A stretch of 64,000 nucleotides of DNA from Lama glama (Eukaryota): NCBI GenBank assembly GCA_028534125.1, contig CM052818.1, forward strand, positions 34,970,001 to 35,034,000. Direction: 5' to 3'. Of the stretch, positions 1 to 11,427 are shown one piece after another. Every line of letters begins with the position of its first letter. Position 1 is the stretch's first letter. Under the pieces are notes generated by a model. The model saw nothing but the letters and a program-made list of their open reading frames with translations. It was not told the DNA's origin and did no database searches. A program made the translations under genes and the position numbers.

Positions 1-180
1 ATCCATGAACTTCTGAAACCCATTCATGGGCTCCAAGTCAAGTATTGTTCTCAACTATCTTTTCTCTTAAAAGTCAGTCCAACACTCAGTCTTATTTTAG
101 AATATAGTAAGTTTAGTAGATCAGAAGCAGCTTCTGAAAGCAGGTGGATTTGGGAGATTAGTAGGCGTGACTACACATTC

Positions 181-271
181 TTTTTTGGGGGAGGGGGTAA
201 TTAGGTTTATTTATTTTTTTAATGGCGGTACTGAGCATGCAAGGCACACACTCTACCACTGAGCTATACCC
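181..271 (-). mobile_element. tRNA-derived camelid-type SINE (vic-1-like) with internal deletion
   Basis: Reverse complement begins GGGTATAGCTCAGTGGTAGAG (A-box, tRNA-like head). It has the family's 3' AAATAAACCTAATTACCCCC/A-tail. The B-box segment (ggggattgaacccagg on +) seen in other copies is missing. Confidence 0.8.
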
Positions 272-407
272 ACCACCCCCATACAGTTTTTTAACTTTGT
301 AAAGTATAAAGACATGGACCGTGCAACAGAAGATGCCACATTCTGATATTTTAGGAAGCCGTTATGGGCATTACAAATAATGGTTTCCGACTGCAGGTAC
401 AGCTGAA

Positions 408-520
408 TCATTCAGTAAATATTTACTGGGCGCCTGATATGTACAGGCACTGCGCCAGGGACTGAGATCACCAACATAAAAAAGACACCATTTGTGTCCT
501 TGATGAGACATTCACATGTA
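408..520 (-). mobile_element. L2 LINE 3' end fragment
   Basis: cattcagtaaatatttactgggcgcctgatatgtacaggcactgcgccaggg resembles the reverse of the L2 3' terminus; boundaries approximate. Confidence 0.55.
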
Positions 521-634
521 AAAGCGTGAATGTAGTTACTGGTGGCCTTAAGATAAAAGTCATCCAAGTTTGAGAGGCACTCTGGAGAGATGTAATGGGC
601 TCTGAGCCGGCAATTTAACATTTGGTTTCACCAC

Positions 635-750
635 GTTCTAGACTCGAGAGTTTGGCAAGTCACTCGTTCTCAAATTGCTTCATCTATCAAATGGGGTAAT
701 CAAGTAGACGAGAATTGTTCCAAATCTTCGAAAAGATAACCTTTGTAAAA
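635..750 (+). mobile_element. MIR fragment
   Basis: ttggcaagtcact...cttcatctatcaaatggggtaat matches the MIR core; approximate. Confidence 0.5.
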
Positions 751-1195
751 AAATGGACAAATAAAAAACACAAGTTCGAGGCTTATTAAAATTGATAGCT
801 CGGTAGGTCACCCCTAGAAGGAAGAGCTCGGCTCCTCCCAGTCTCTATAACCACCGTGGCGCCCCGCACGCGGTCAGAATCCGTTCAATAAACCTTCCCG
901 GACGGATGAAGTTCCGCTTCCGCAGGCAGGTTTTCACTGTAGGCGTGAGCGCCGGACGCGCGACCCAGAGCAGGGTCGGACCTCCCCGACGCGCATGCTC
1001 CGCAGGAGAGGCAGAAAGCGGAAGGGCGGGGGAGTGGCCTGGCTCCGCGGACCGCCGGCTGGTTCTCCCTGCAGCCCCGCGCGGGTGGCGGGGGCGCGCG
1101 AGCGCTCGTTCGCGCGGCCGGCTGCGTACAGTAGTGACGGCCGCGCGGGAGCGGTCACATGACCGTAGCGGCTGCCTGTACAGTAAGGACCCAAT

Positions 1196-1249
1196 ATGGC
1201 AGCGGCGGTAGCAGTGGCAACGGCAGCAGGAGGACCGGCCGCCCCATAG
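1196..1249 (+). other. candidate uORF (17 aa, MAAAVAVATAAGGPAAP) in ASXL2 5' UTR
   Basis: ATG at 1196 in context aatATGG (A at -3, G at +4), TAG at 1247-1249. Requires a TSS upstream of 1196, which is not directly visible. Confidence 0.55.
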
Positions 1250-1423
1250 ACCCCCCCCCGCGCACCACCCCCGCCGCTTCCTCTGTTTGGGTGCTCCTCC
1301 GGCCTGACTTCCCCTTTCTCCCACCTTTCCCGGCACCGCGGGAAAAACAGCGCAGGGCAGAGCAGGCAGGGAAGGCGGCCGGAGCCCGGACACGGGAGCC
1401 TCCCAGTCAGTTCAAGACCCGAC

Positions 1424-1480
1424 ATGAGGGAAAAGGGCCGTAGGAAGAAGGGCAGGACCTGGGCGGAGGCCGCCAAGACG
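1424..1480 (+). CDS. ASXL2: ASXL2 coding exon 1 (MREKGRRKKGRTWAEAAKT)
   Basis: Translation matches the ASXL2 N-terminus. 57 nt, phase 0, followed by donor ACG|GTAAGG at 1481. Confidence 0.97.
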
Positions 1481-4183
1481 GTAAGGGGGAGGGGGGCGAA
1501 GGGGAAGACCGGGAGGATTTCGTTCCCTCTCGCCCGCCGGTCGCAGGGGAAGGGAGGTCAGTGGCCCTGCGACCCGGCTGAGGGGACACAAAACCGCGCG
1601 GCGAGGGCGGCGGTTAGTGTCGGCTTGTGGTCCCTGTGGGAATGGAGGCGCTCAGCGGAAGAGGGTCGCCGCGGGGCTGTGGCTTCTCCCTGCGTCTGCG
1701 ACGAGTCCTCTTGGTGTTTTGAAGCTGCCTCTTGGGGTCACGATGCTCTCACCCCCGCTCTGTGGTAGCCCCCGCCCCGGCATGGGGAAGTGTGTTGTGC
1801 TTGCACAGTAACCGGTTCTTCTCCCTTGTGCGGCTCAAGAGCCCCCACTGGATGCAGATAGGAGAAGGCTTGTGCGTGCACCCAGCCCCGGAAAGAAGAG
1901 GGGAGCGCTGGAGCTGGGTAGAATTGACCCGCTATAGCGGACATGCCGCCTGACCCCGGGCCCCCTGCTTGTCTGGGCTCCCGGATCCGACCGCAGGTCA
2001 CGAGGCTCTTGCTTTATATTTGCTGTTGGAGCTGAAAGTGCAGAAGGTGTTTAGAAACGAAGTAACAGGTGGGACTTGTAGAATTTTTTTTTCTGTTTCC
2101 GTAGAGACCTACTCTGAACAAGGCAGCAATGCATGGTGGGACCTGTAGTTTACCCGGCCTTGACTTTTCCGCAGCTAAAGTGATGGTGGCTTCACGAAAC
2201 TAAGTAATTAGTGGATAAAACCACTTTTTTTCCTTTTAAATTTATTACAACGAAATTTAGAGGTCAATTTTTAAAAAGTGGAGTTTTGAGAATGAGTAAC
2301 AACTTTTATTATATTATATAAAAAAACTTAAAAGCGCCTGTGTATGTAGAAATGAAACGTTTGGAGAAAGTCAAGTTCATTCCATCTTTGAGAGTGCAGC
2401 AGAAGAGTAATAGGACATAAAACAGCAGCATTTTAGTGTTGGGCACTGAGAAGGTGTGGAGGCATTATCTCTAATGGTGAATCATGTCAGTAATACTTGT
2501 AGAACGTGGAGAGGTCTTTTAAACGAACCTTTATTATATTTTGTATTTTTTTTTAAAGGAAGTTTTCTGATTAGGAAAGTAATGTTCACTGTGGGAAAAT
2601 TTTGAAAATTATAGAAGCATATAAAGAAGAAAATAAAAAATCATGTAGTTCACCCCTCAGAGCTCTGTTAACATTTTGGTGTATTACCATCCAGCCTTTA
2701 AAATTATTTCTCCAAATCTGGGTCCTGCTGTTTATTCAGTCTTGTGCATTTTTTTGGTAAACTTTATGTTTTGAGGGGTTGATGAGTCTTGAACTTGTAT
2801 GCCTGTTTTAGTTGGAAATGTGGAAAAGTTAGTGAATAAATAAAAGCACATTTTATTTGTTGAGTGTTTTCACTTACAACATATCTTCATAACTGACTGC
2901 TGGTCGTTTCCCTCTGAAGAAAAAACTCTAGAAATAATTTTTTTGGTGGTGAGGAAATTGGTCCTTCGCAAAAGACTGTTTTACTTTGTTCTACTTGATC
3001 ATTACTACCTCAAGACTTCCTTTATTAAAAGAAGGATGGTAAATTTTATTTATAGGTAAGCAGATCCCAACCATAGTTATGTTAATTTTAAGTCTCTAGA
3101 ATCTTGAATGCTTTTTGAATTATCTCTTTGGATAAAATAGTCCTATAATTGGGAGATTGTGACAAATAGGAAATATTTGCATCTACTGTTTAGATTTTCC
3201 TTTAATAAATTAGCATTTTTGCTCATTTATAATAAACATTTCATGCCCTAGCTAGTTAAAAGATGGAAAAGACTAGCTTAATCAATAGAGTTCTGAGTGA
3301 GTTCTTGAAAGGATTAGTATAATAGTGGCTTGATATTTTTGATTTTGACAAATGTATAAAGTCTCAGTCTAAATAATAATGAATTTTAGAAAGAATGGTG
3401 ACACTAAAACTTTTTTCTTTTTTTAATAGCCAAAATCTAGAAAACACTACTCTTTTTAGCTAGTTTTGTCATCTGTGAAGTGAGGACTTAAACTAAACCT
3501 CAGTGTTCAAAAGATTTCTGTTTGTAGGAGAAATAAGTAGAAGTAAATATGAGAGAAATAGACAAAAGTAAGTCTTTAATATTTTCAGGCTACAAAATGA
3601 GGTAAAAAAATTAGTGATTTGACAAATGGAAGTAACTTTGACCTAAATTAGGAAACTATATATTTATAAGATCAAGAGGACCAGGAGAAGTAAGTCTTAA
3701 AACTTATTTCATAGGCATTAAGGTCAAATATTCTAGGAATAGCATTCCAGAAAGAAAAAATTAAAATTTTTTATGAATTCAGGCAACATCTGCTTTTATT
3801 TCATTGTGTTTTTGATACATTGTAGACCAATCCTGTTTTAGGGAGCATTATTAAAATGGGGTTTTATTCCTAGCCAATAATATAACAACAGATAGATAAA
3901 ATTATTCAATCAATTATATGTGTGTATATATACATACTTGGGGTGTGTGTGAGTATGTGAGAGCTACCTAGTTTGATACAAGGTTGCTGTGAACAATCTG
4001 ATAAAATAAGATTCATAATTATTATGTAATTGTAAAATTATATTAAAAGGCTGATTAAATGTGTAGACTAGTTCCAATAACTAAGGACACCGGGCAGAAA
4101 AATGAAGTTGAGCTCCAAATGAACTTGAATGCTCATTTCACCACACAGGATTGTGTCCCTTCTGATCTTATATTTGTCTCATG

Positions 4184-4318
4184 TAAATAAACTAGTTATG
4201 ACACAACATTGTAAAATGATTATAAATCAATAAAAAATGTTAAAAAAAAGGTAAAGACTCCTGAATATTTTCAATAAAATATGATCTGATTCAAAAAATA
4301 AATAAATAAACTAGTTAT
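4184..4318 (+). mobile_element. very short L1 3'-end insertion with 16-bp TSD and probable 3' transduction
   Basis: TSD taaataaactagttat at 4184-4199 and 4303-4318. 4200-4249 is nearly identical to the reverse complement of the L1 3' end at ~35600-35640. An extra 43 nt with AATAAA precedes a second A-rich tail. Confidence 0.8.
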
Positions 4319-7007
4319 AAAAAGTATTATTCAAGTATTTTGTTAACGGTCTTACATGTTTTAAATTTTAATAATGGCAGTGATGGTACTGATGAAGTGT
4401 TTTGGATGAGAGATCTGTAGTATAATGTTTGGTGCAAATTTAAAAATTTAAAATTTGAATTTAAATTAAAAAATTTGTAGTAAGCCAGAGATACTGAGAA
4501 CCATTCCATTGAATCTAGAACTATGTTCAAAGTTATGCTCATTAAAAAAAAAAAAAGATGTATCATGTAAATATTTGGTGACATCCCTGAGGAATTTAGC
4601 AGTTTTTGCAAAGCAGAACTTTCAAAATAGTATAATCTTGTTGATAGTGTTTTCTTTTTTTTTTCTTTCCCTTGTCACCTGCCACAACTAGGGGAACATT
4701 CAGAGGGAAAAATGTCCTTTCAGGACAAGTTTGTTGTGATTGTAGATGGAAGCAACAGAGAGGCAGACCTTAAGAGATTGCACTAGAGGTACCTTTGGGT
4801 GTTTTTGGAGAGTAAAGAGGTCACAGTATGAGAAGTGAAGTTATGTGTGTTAGAGATGAGGCCCATAGTGAACTGTAGCATCAGTCCGTAGCATGTGATT
4901 TATAGACTGAAGAAAAAGTGTTTTTTTTTTTTAGATGCTATCTATGTAGACTTCACTGAGCGATTTATATAACTTTGGATGTACATAGATTTTTATTTAT
5001 GTCTTTTACCTAAAGTCATTTACGTTAGGGAATAAGATGGAAGATAGGAGATTTCTTTTAAAGGAGTAACACAGGCTAATTATAATTACTTTTATGTAGG
5101 AAGTATTGAAAATGGAAAAGAATTACTTAAAAGTAAAATAATAAAGTATATGATTATGTAAAATAAGTGATTAGAAAGGTAAAATAATGATTAGAAAGAA
5201 AAACATCTTAAAATACAGTTTGGAAATTTTCAGTGCTCTTAATCTTTACCATGAATAATTTTTTTCTTAAAAAGTAAGACTAGAATTCTAGCCAGGCCTG
5301 GTTATGTCTCCTTGGGTATATATTGACCAGGCCAGAGTCCTTTCAAGTTTGTATTTGTATTATATTTGTAGTTGTGTTAGAATCTCCAGAAGAGAGTGTA
5401 TATCTTGGAAAAACATATTAAAGAAATCTATTGTTCTTGTAATACTGTTTTATAGAAAGTAAAACTGGACAAAATCTTTTTAGTTTGTGGAATACAGAAA
5501 AAATAGAGTAAGATTGTAAAGAGTATGGGTTAAAAACTGAGAAACTGCCCTGACCCATAATTTTCAAAACAATAATTGCATATTTACATTATTTTAAATT
5601 TCAACTTTATCGAGGTATAATTGACATAAAATTCTAAGGTATTTGATACTTTTCTGAAATTGCTCTCTGCAAGTGTATTTGTGCTATATGATTTGATGTA
5701 ACATTCTTTGCTTGAGAGATCTTCCTTCTTGCTATAGTATTGAAGTAAAGTTCCCTGTGTTTTGCTCTTGAATTTTGTGTTATATTTTCAGTTCATCCTT
5801 CTGCCTTGTTTTTTCGTTCCTGTCTTGAAAGCCCACAAACAAACTAAGGAAAAGGAAGGGAAAAAAATCTTTTTGAACACGTAAGTTAAAAATTTCTGTG
5901 AAGGGTGTGGCTGCTGCTACATCTCCTAGAATTATGACAGGAGCTGAGAAAATGACGTCAGATTTGCAGAAGTCCTTGCTGTTTCCTCATCCACAGAATC
6001 TATCTACTCTTAAAAGGCTGTGCGATTTTGCTTTCGGTGAAAGGATATTATGTTTTCACTTCGGAAGCTGTCTGAAAGGAGGCAGTGTGTGGCAGATGTA
6101 ACTACAGGGAACTGATCAATTAGGTTTAAAACGTGCTGTCTTTGTCCTTCTTACAAAAGACCTCTGAATGCCCCTCTAGTTCTGTATTCTTTCATTCCAT
6201 ATCTCATAGAGGCCATCCTCATAGTTTTTAGTATTGTAGTATTGTGCAATTTAGTATCTTTAGTTAAGTTTGATTTACTATGTTTTTAGTGTTTTAAAGG
6301 TTATTGAATGTACTTATTTTTAGAACTCTTTAGACATGACTTAAAAACAATATTACTTTAAATTGAGTTTCTGTTACAGTCATATAGGATCATTATTTTA
6401 AAAAAGTCAAAGTTTGTAGAGAGTTAAATCTTGGATGAGTCACTATACTGAAAATAGGGATTAAGGGAAAGTCTGCATATGCAAATATTGAAAATAATTT
6501 AGTTACCGTACTGAAATTAACTATAGTTGATAGCTTGAATGTAGCTTTCTGGACTTTCAACCCTGTATATGGAAATATGCATAAACATGTATACCTGTCT
6601 ATATTCTGTATACAGTTCTTGAATTTGCATTCTTTCTGAATGTCATGGATGCTTTTTAATGCCGTTACATATGTAACTGCTTCATTCTGTTTAATGATTT
6701 CTTATTATTCCACTTTTTGGATGTACATCATTTGAAATAGTCATTTATAGTTTTTTTCCCCTCTTGTAACAAATACCTCAGTATATACATTTAGGCATAT
6801 GTGTATGTGTGCATGTATATTGTGTGTATGTGCATTTGTGTGAATGGAATAGTTAAGATACAGAGTTTGTGAACTTGTTTGTACGAATTTATATTCCCCA
6901 CCAAAAACTTGAGAGCTTCACTTTTTTCCCCACTTTTCTCTGTAATCCAAGAAACATATCAGTCTTTACTCTGTCATTTTGATATATTAACAAAGCATTT
7001 ATTTTGT

Positions 7008-7181
7008 TGTTCTGTTTAGTAGAAATGTTCTATATCTGTGCTATCTAGTACACTAGCCACTAGTCACATGTGGCCATTGAGCACTTGAAATGTGGCTAAT
7101 GTGACTAGGGAACTGAATTTTATTTAATTTTAATTAACTTAAGCTTAAATAGCCACATTTGTTTTGATTGAACAGTGCAGG
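7008..7181. mobile_element. MER3/MER33-like hAT-Charlie MITE
   Basis: gaaatgttctatatctgtgct...tagccactagtcacatgtggccattgagcacttgaaatgtggct...aaatagccacat is typical of MER3. Confidence 0.7.
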
Positions 7182-8703
7182 TATAAGGTAACTTCCTATG
7201 CTTATTGCTTATTTGTGTATTTTTCAATAAACTTGTCTGTTCAGCTCTTTTGCCTTTTTTCCCTTTCTTCCTGGTCTTTTTTAATACTAATTTCTAAGGG
7301 TGCTTTGTAGATTAAAGAAACTGGCCCTTTGTCGTATGTGTCGCAGATCTGTTGCCCATTTTTGGCTTTTGACTTGATTTATGCAGTTTTTTTTTCCCTG
7401 CCCAAATATTTTGTATGTTAATGTTAAGTAAATTTCTCAGTCTTTACCTTTTGTGCTTTTCTAAAAGGTTTTAAGTCCTATTAAGAAAAACTTTGTCCAC
7501 TCAAAGATTATAAATTGAGTGCTTTTAAAAAATGTTTAGCCGTGAAGGCATATCTCCCCTAAAGAAAATACATATTTTGTTGTGGACAAGTAGGAGGAAA
7601 TTCAGTTTTTATTATATCAGACTGTGCTCCTTGAAGGCAGAGACTTTAAATGTTTCTACCTGCAGAGCTTAACTCACTTTCTTGCAGATGCGAACTAAAT
7701 CTTTTTTGTTGTTGTTCACCTTTTTAAATTAGAGATAACAGAAGACACTCAAGAGAGCACTTTTAGGAGAGCACAGTATGAGTAAAGTTAACCAACTATA
7801 GTAAGTATTGTTTGCCTGGAAAGCTGATTATCTCTCTCTTGTTTGTGAAAGAAAGTTACTCCAAGACACACCAAGGTATTTGCCTCCCAACACCCTTTTG
7901 AATTACATTTGGACATAGGAAAGTTTCTGTGGTAATTCTTCTGACCTTGCTTGACAAAACTGAAATTGGTTAATGGTAAATACATGTGTACTTAGTACTG
8001 AACATCAAGGGACATTGTGAACCTTATTAATTATAGTATCTTCTCAGTAATTTGATCCATCTTTTAGTATTAGTTATGTTGTGAAAGACTTTTCATTTGA
8101 ACATTCTCTGACTACTGACATTAAGCAGTTGATGCTACGTTTAGAATGGACTTTCATTGGAATTTATAGCCTGGGATGGCCCAAATCATCTTGAATCTTT
8201 AACCCACTGATGTCTGAATTATTCAGTAGTTGGGTTAGCCATATTTAGTTTCAAATAAAGTGCTTAATGGTGTTAGTGACTTATTCTAAGTGGTAACATA
8301 AAATTTTAAGTTTATTGCTATTGGCTTATAGTGATTAGTTTCCTACCTGATTTGAGGGTTCTGGCAAATTTTCTAAGTTTAAGTGGATGGATTAGATTTT
8401 GGATTAGTTTAGTGGATGGATGAAATCGATTAATATGTTAGGAAAGGTTTTCTCCTTTATATTTTTTATATGTATGTTTGTGTGTGAGGTCGGAGGGTAG
8501 AGAGAGAAGGTTTAAAAAAGAAATGGATTATAAGATAAAGATAATAGAACACTTCATATATATCATTAATTACCTGTGAAAGACATAATGAGGAAAATAG
8601 GACTATTTTTAATAGCAACTTGAGAATAATCTTAATCTGGACTGATTCTGTGTCTTAAAAATTTATTGAATTTATTATATCAGCTTGGACAAGTTATTTA
8701 AAC

Positions 8704-8840
8704 CAGTGCTGAAACATTCATGTGTAAAAGAATCATCTGGGGAGCTTGTTAAATGTAGATTTTTATTCACTAGGTCTGCAAGGTAGTCAGATTCTACATT
8801 TATAACGTTTGCAGGGGACACTGGTGTGTTGGCCTAAGGA
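8704..8840. mobile_element. MER5-like hAT-Charlie fragment
   Basis: agaatcatctggggagcttgttaaatgtagatt...ggaccacattt resembles MER5A/B; followed by a MIR-like segment to ~9020. Confidence 0.55.
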
Positions 8841-9259
8841 CCACATTTGGAGTTGGAGGGATTTACACTATCTACATGTATTCAATTTCCCCAACTTTAA
8901 AATAGACATAATAATAGAATTTACGATTTGAGGTCTTAGGTGATTAGGCTGAAATGTGTGAAAAGTTCTTTGTACAATGCCTAGTATTTTGTAAGCTCTG
9001 TTTGTTAGTGTTACTGAAAAATTAATAAATACTAATCATTTTATATTTCTGAATGGGAAAACTATTGTAAAGATGTTATTTCTTAGCAAACAGGTGCAGA
9101 GGTTTAAAACAGTTCTAATGAAAAGCCTTCTTGCCGCTTGTTTTCCAAGGTCAATGTGGAATCACACAGAGTTAAACTAGCTATGGACAAGTTTGGGAAC
9201 CCACTCAAAGATCCGTCTCCTGCTTCAGGAGATTCTGCCCCAAATCCCACGCTTTTATA

Positions 9260-9600
9260 CATCGTGAACTGCTGTGAAGAAGGCCATGTGGCAAGGAATG
9301 GCAGGCAGCCTCTAGGAGCTGAGTGACTTCTGGCCAAGAGCCAGCAAGAAAACAGAAAGGGACGGAAGCCTGCCAACAAGTAAGCTTGGAAAAGGATCCC
9401 AAGCCTCAGATGAGTTCACAGTCCCAGCTGTCACTTCAATTTCAGCTCAGTGAGACCCTAAGCAGAAGACTCTGTTAACTCATGCCCAGAATCCTGACAC
9501 ACAGAAAACTGTGAAATAACTTTGTGTTGTTTTCACTTAAGTTTCATAATAAAACATAATCGCAAAGTAAGTTTGTGTTGTTGAGGCTGTATAATAGCAA
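9260..9600 (+). mobile_element. MaLR LTR (MLT1D/E-like)
   Basis: ggccatgtggcaaggaatggcaggcagcctctaggagctgag...aaactgtgaaataac...gtgttgttt is typical of MLT1 LTRs. Confidence 0.7.
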
Positions 9601-10350
9601 ACCAATAGTAATACTAAAATTTGGTGGAAGGGGGAGTATGGCAAAGTTGGTCTCAGACATGGTTTTGCCTGGGTATTCAAGGATGATAGATTAAACATTT
9701 AGAGGTGAATATGGGTAAGGATATTCCAGGCAGAGGGAAGAGCTGAAAAGCGGGAAGGCTGAAAAATGCAGCGTATGTTTGATGCCTGGCTTTAACCTTT
9801 GAGTATTGTGTAGTGAAAGAGAAGGCCAGAAAAGGTAGGTTGGGGCCCAAATGTGGAGAGGTGTAGAAGTCGAGTTGATAAATATTTTTATTCTAGGAGC
9901 TGTAGAGGGTTTTTATGCAGAAAATAGAAATGTTTTCTGTGTTTGGGGCCATTTGTGGGATATATTGTAGAACTGGAGAGTCTAGCTATAGAGAGGTTAT
10001 GAGGGGTAGAGTAGGGCTCTCTTGAATTAATGGTGAGAGGGGCTATACTTTGTGTGTGTGTATCATTCACATTTTTCTCATTCCATAGCTATTCTACGTA
10101 CTCCTATCCCACTTACAAGTTTCCATCAGAAGCCATTAAGTTCTGCCAGTCTCCTGAAGTTTTCGCATATACAGGAGGTTCTGCAATGCTCTTCAAACAC
10201 AACAAAATTGTAGGATTCTTGCCCCATTTGTTCTAGCTCATGTTGATTTTTACCCTTCTCTGAATTCCTATACCACCGTTCTTTCCGCACCACTCTCCTC
10301 TGTACCACTGGTCTACAGGTTTGTTCAAGTGGTAGTATCAATTGGAAATA

Positions 10351-10429
10351 TGTGTTGTACAACTCCAGGGGGAACCATTCATATTGTATTTTATGTGAAC
10401 GTTGTTTCCAGGAGTTGTGCACCACAGCG
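10351..10429. mobile_element. MER91-like palindromic hAT-Tip100 MITE core
   Basis: Imperfect hairpin tgtacaactccaggggg-aaccattcata...tatgtgaacg...ccaggagttgtgca, as in MER91. Confidence 0.6.
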
Positions 10430-11427
10430 GCTCTGGGTTCCATGATGCTCTTTGTGAAAACACCATTAAATATTTGTGTTTTTTTAAGACAATTTTTCTA
10501 AATATTGTAGACAATTTTTTAGACAATATTTTTCTAACTACCCTCCTGTGAAATTTTATACCACATATATACTGTATATTTGTTTATGTACTTTATGTAT
10601 ATCTGCTTTATAAATAAAAAGTATAAATATTTTTCAGTACCCCTGCCATCAGTTTCAGCATCCTTGGGGGTGATTTCACTCATGAGAATGTATGTTATAA
10701 ATGATCATTATTTGTAAAATACCATTATTAAGAACTTCTTGATAATAAAAATAAATGAGTTGATGCAGAAAAAAAATTTGTGAAAACATCATTAAACATT
10801 GATATATTTCTGATAAAAGTTAAGGACATTTTTGCTAGGAGGAAACCTAGTACAGATTTGTATTATAAAAGTCTTACCTTGAGAACAGATGAATGGGCAG
10901 CAAGAAGGGCAACTTTCCCGATCTTTGATTTAGTATTGGATTTGCTGCTTATGTGTTTCCCAGGTCTGTTTTCTAGCAGGCGAGAGGTAGCAAATGACAA
11001 AGGTTTAATAAAAATGCTTCCTATTAGCTCTGTGATTTTTTATAAACACCTATTTTCAGGTTGAAGAAGCTCTCTTTTATTTCTAGTTTGCTGAGAGTTT
11101 TTGTCATGAATGGATGTCAGATTTTGTCAAATGCTTTTTCTGAATCAGTTGATAAGATCATTTGCTTTACTTTTTAGACTCTTAATATGATGGATTACAT
11201 TGGTTTTCAAATTTTGGATCAGCCTTTCATTCCTGGGAAAAATCTCACTTGGTTGTGGTGTATTACACTTTTTATACATTGCTGTATTTGTTGAGGACAT
11301 TTACAGTTATGTTCATGAGGGATAATAATCTGTAGTTTTCTTGTACTGTCTGTGCCTGGCTTTGGTATTAAGGTAATGCTGACCTCATAAAAAAAGGAAG
11401 TCTTCCTTCCTATTCTATTAGTGATTA

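Larger units (their letters stand above)
840..2010. promoter_or_regulatory. ASXL2: CpG island promoter of ASXL2
   Basis: Abrupt GC- and CpG-rich block in otherwise AT-rich, CpG-depleted DNA, spanning exon 1. Contains ETS-like GCTTCCG/GCGGAAG (~916, ~1018), NRF1-like CGCGCATGCTC (990-1000), GC box GGGCGGGGG (1024-1032), E/M-box GGTCACATGACC (1153-1164) and YY1-like AATATGGC (1193-1200). Confidence 0.92.

Noticed and set aside
1481..1768. Continuation of ORF 1424-1768 as a 114-aa protein
   Set aside because: ASXL2 similarity ends at the GTAAGG donor at 1481; the rest is intron read-through.
845..2001. Long ORFs on both strands in the CpG island (182, 180, 101 and 87 aa etc.)
   Set aside because: Low-complexity R/G/P/A products expected from stop-poor GC-rich DNA; no recognisable domains.
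10126..10443. 105-aa minus-strand ORF
   Set aside because: No recognisable homology, overlaps a MER91-like MITE, and has no splice or promoter support.
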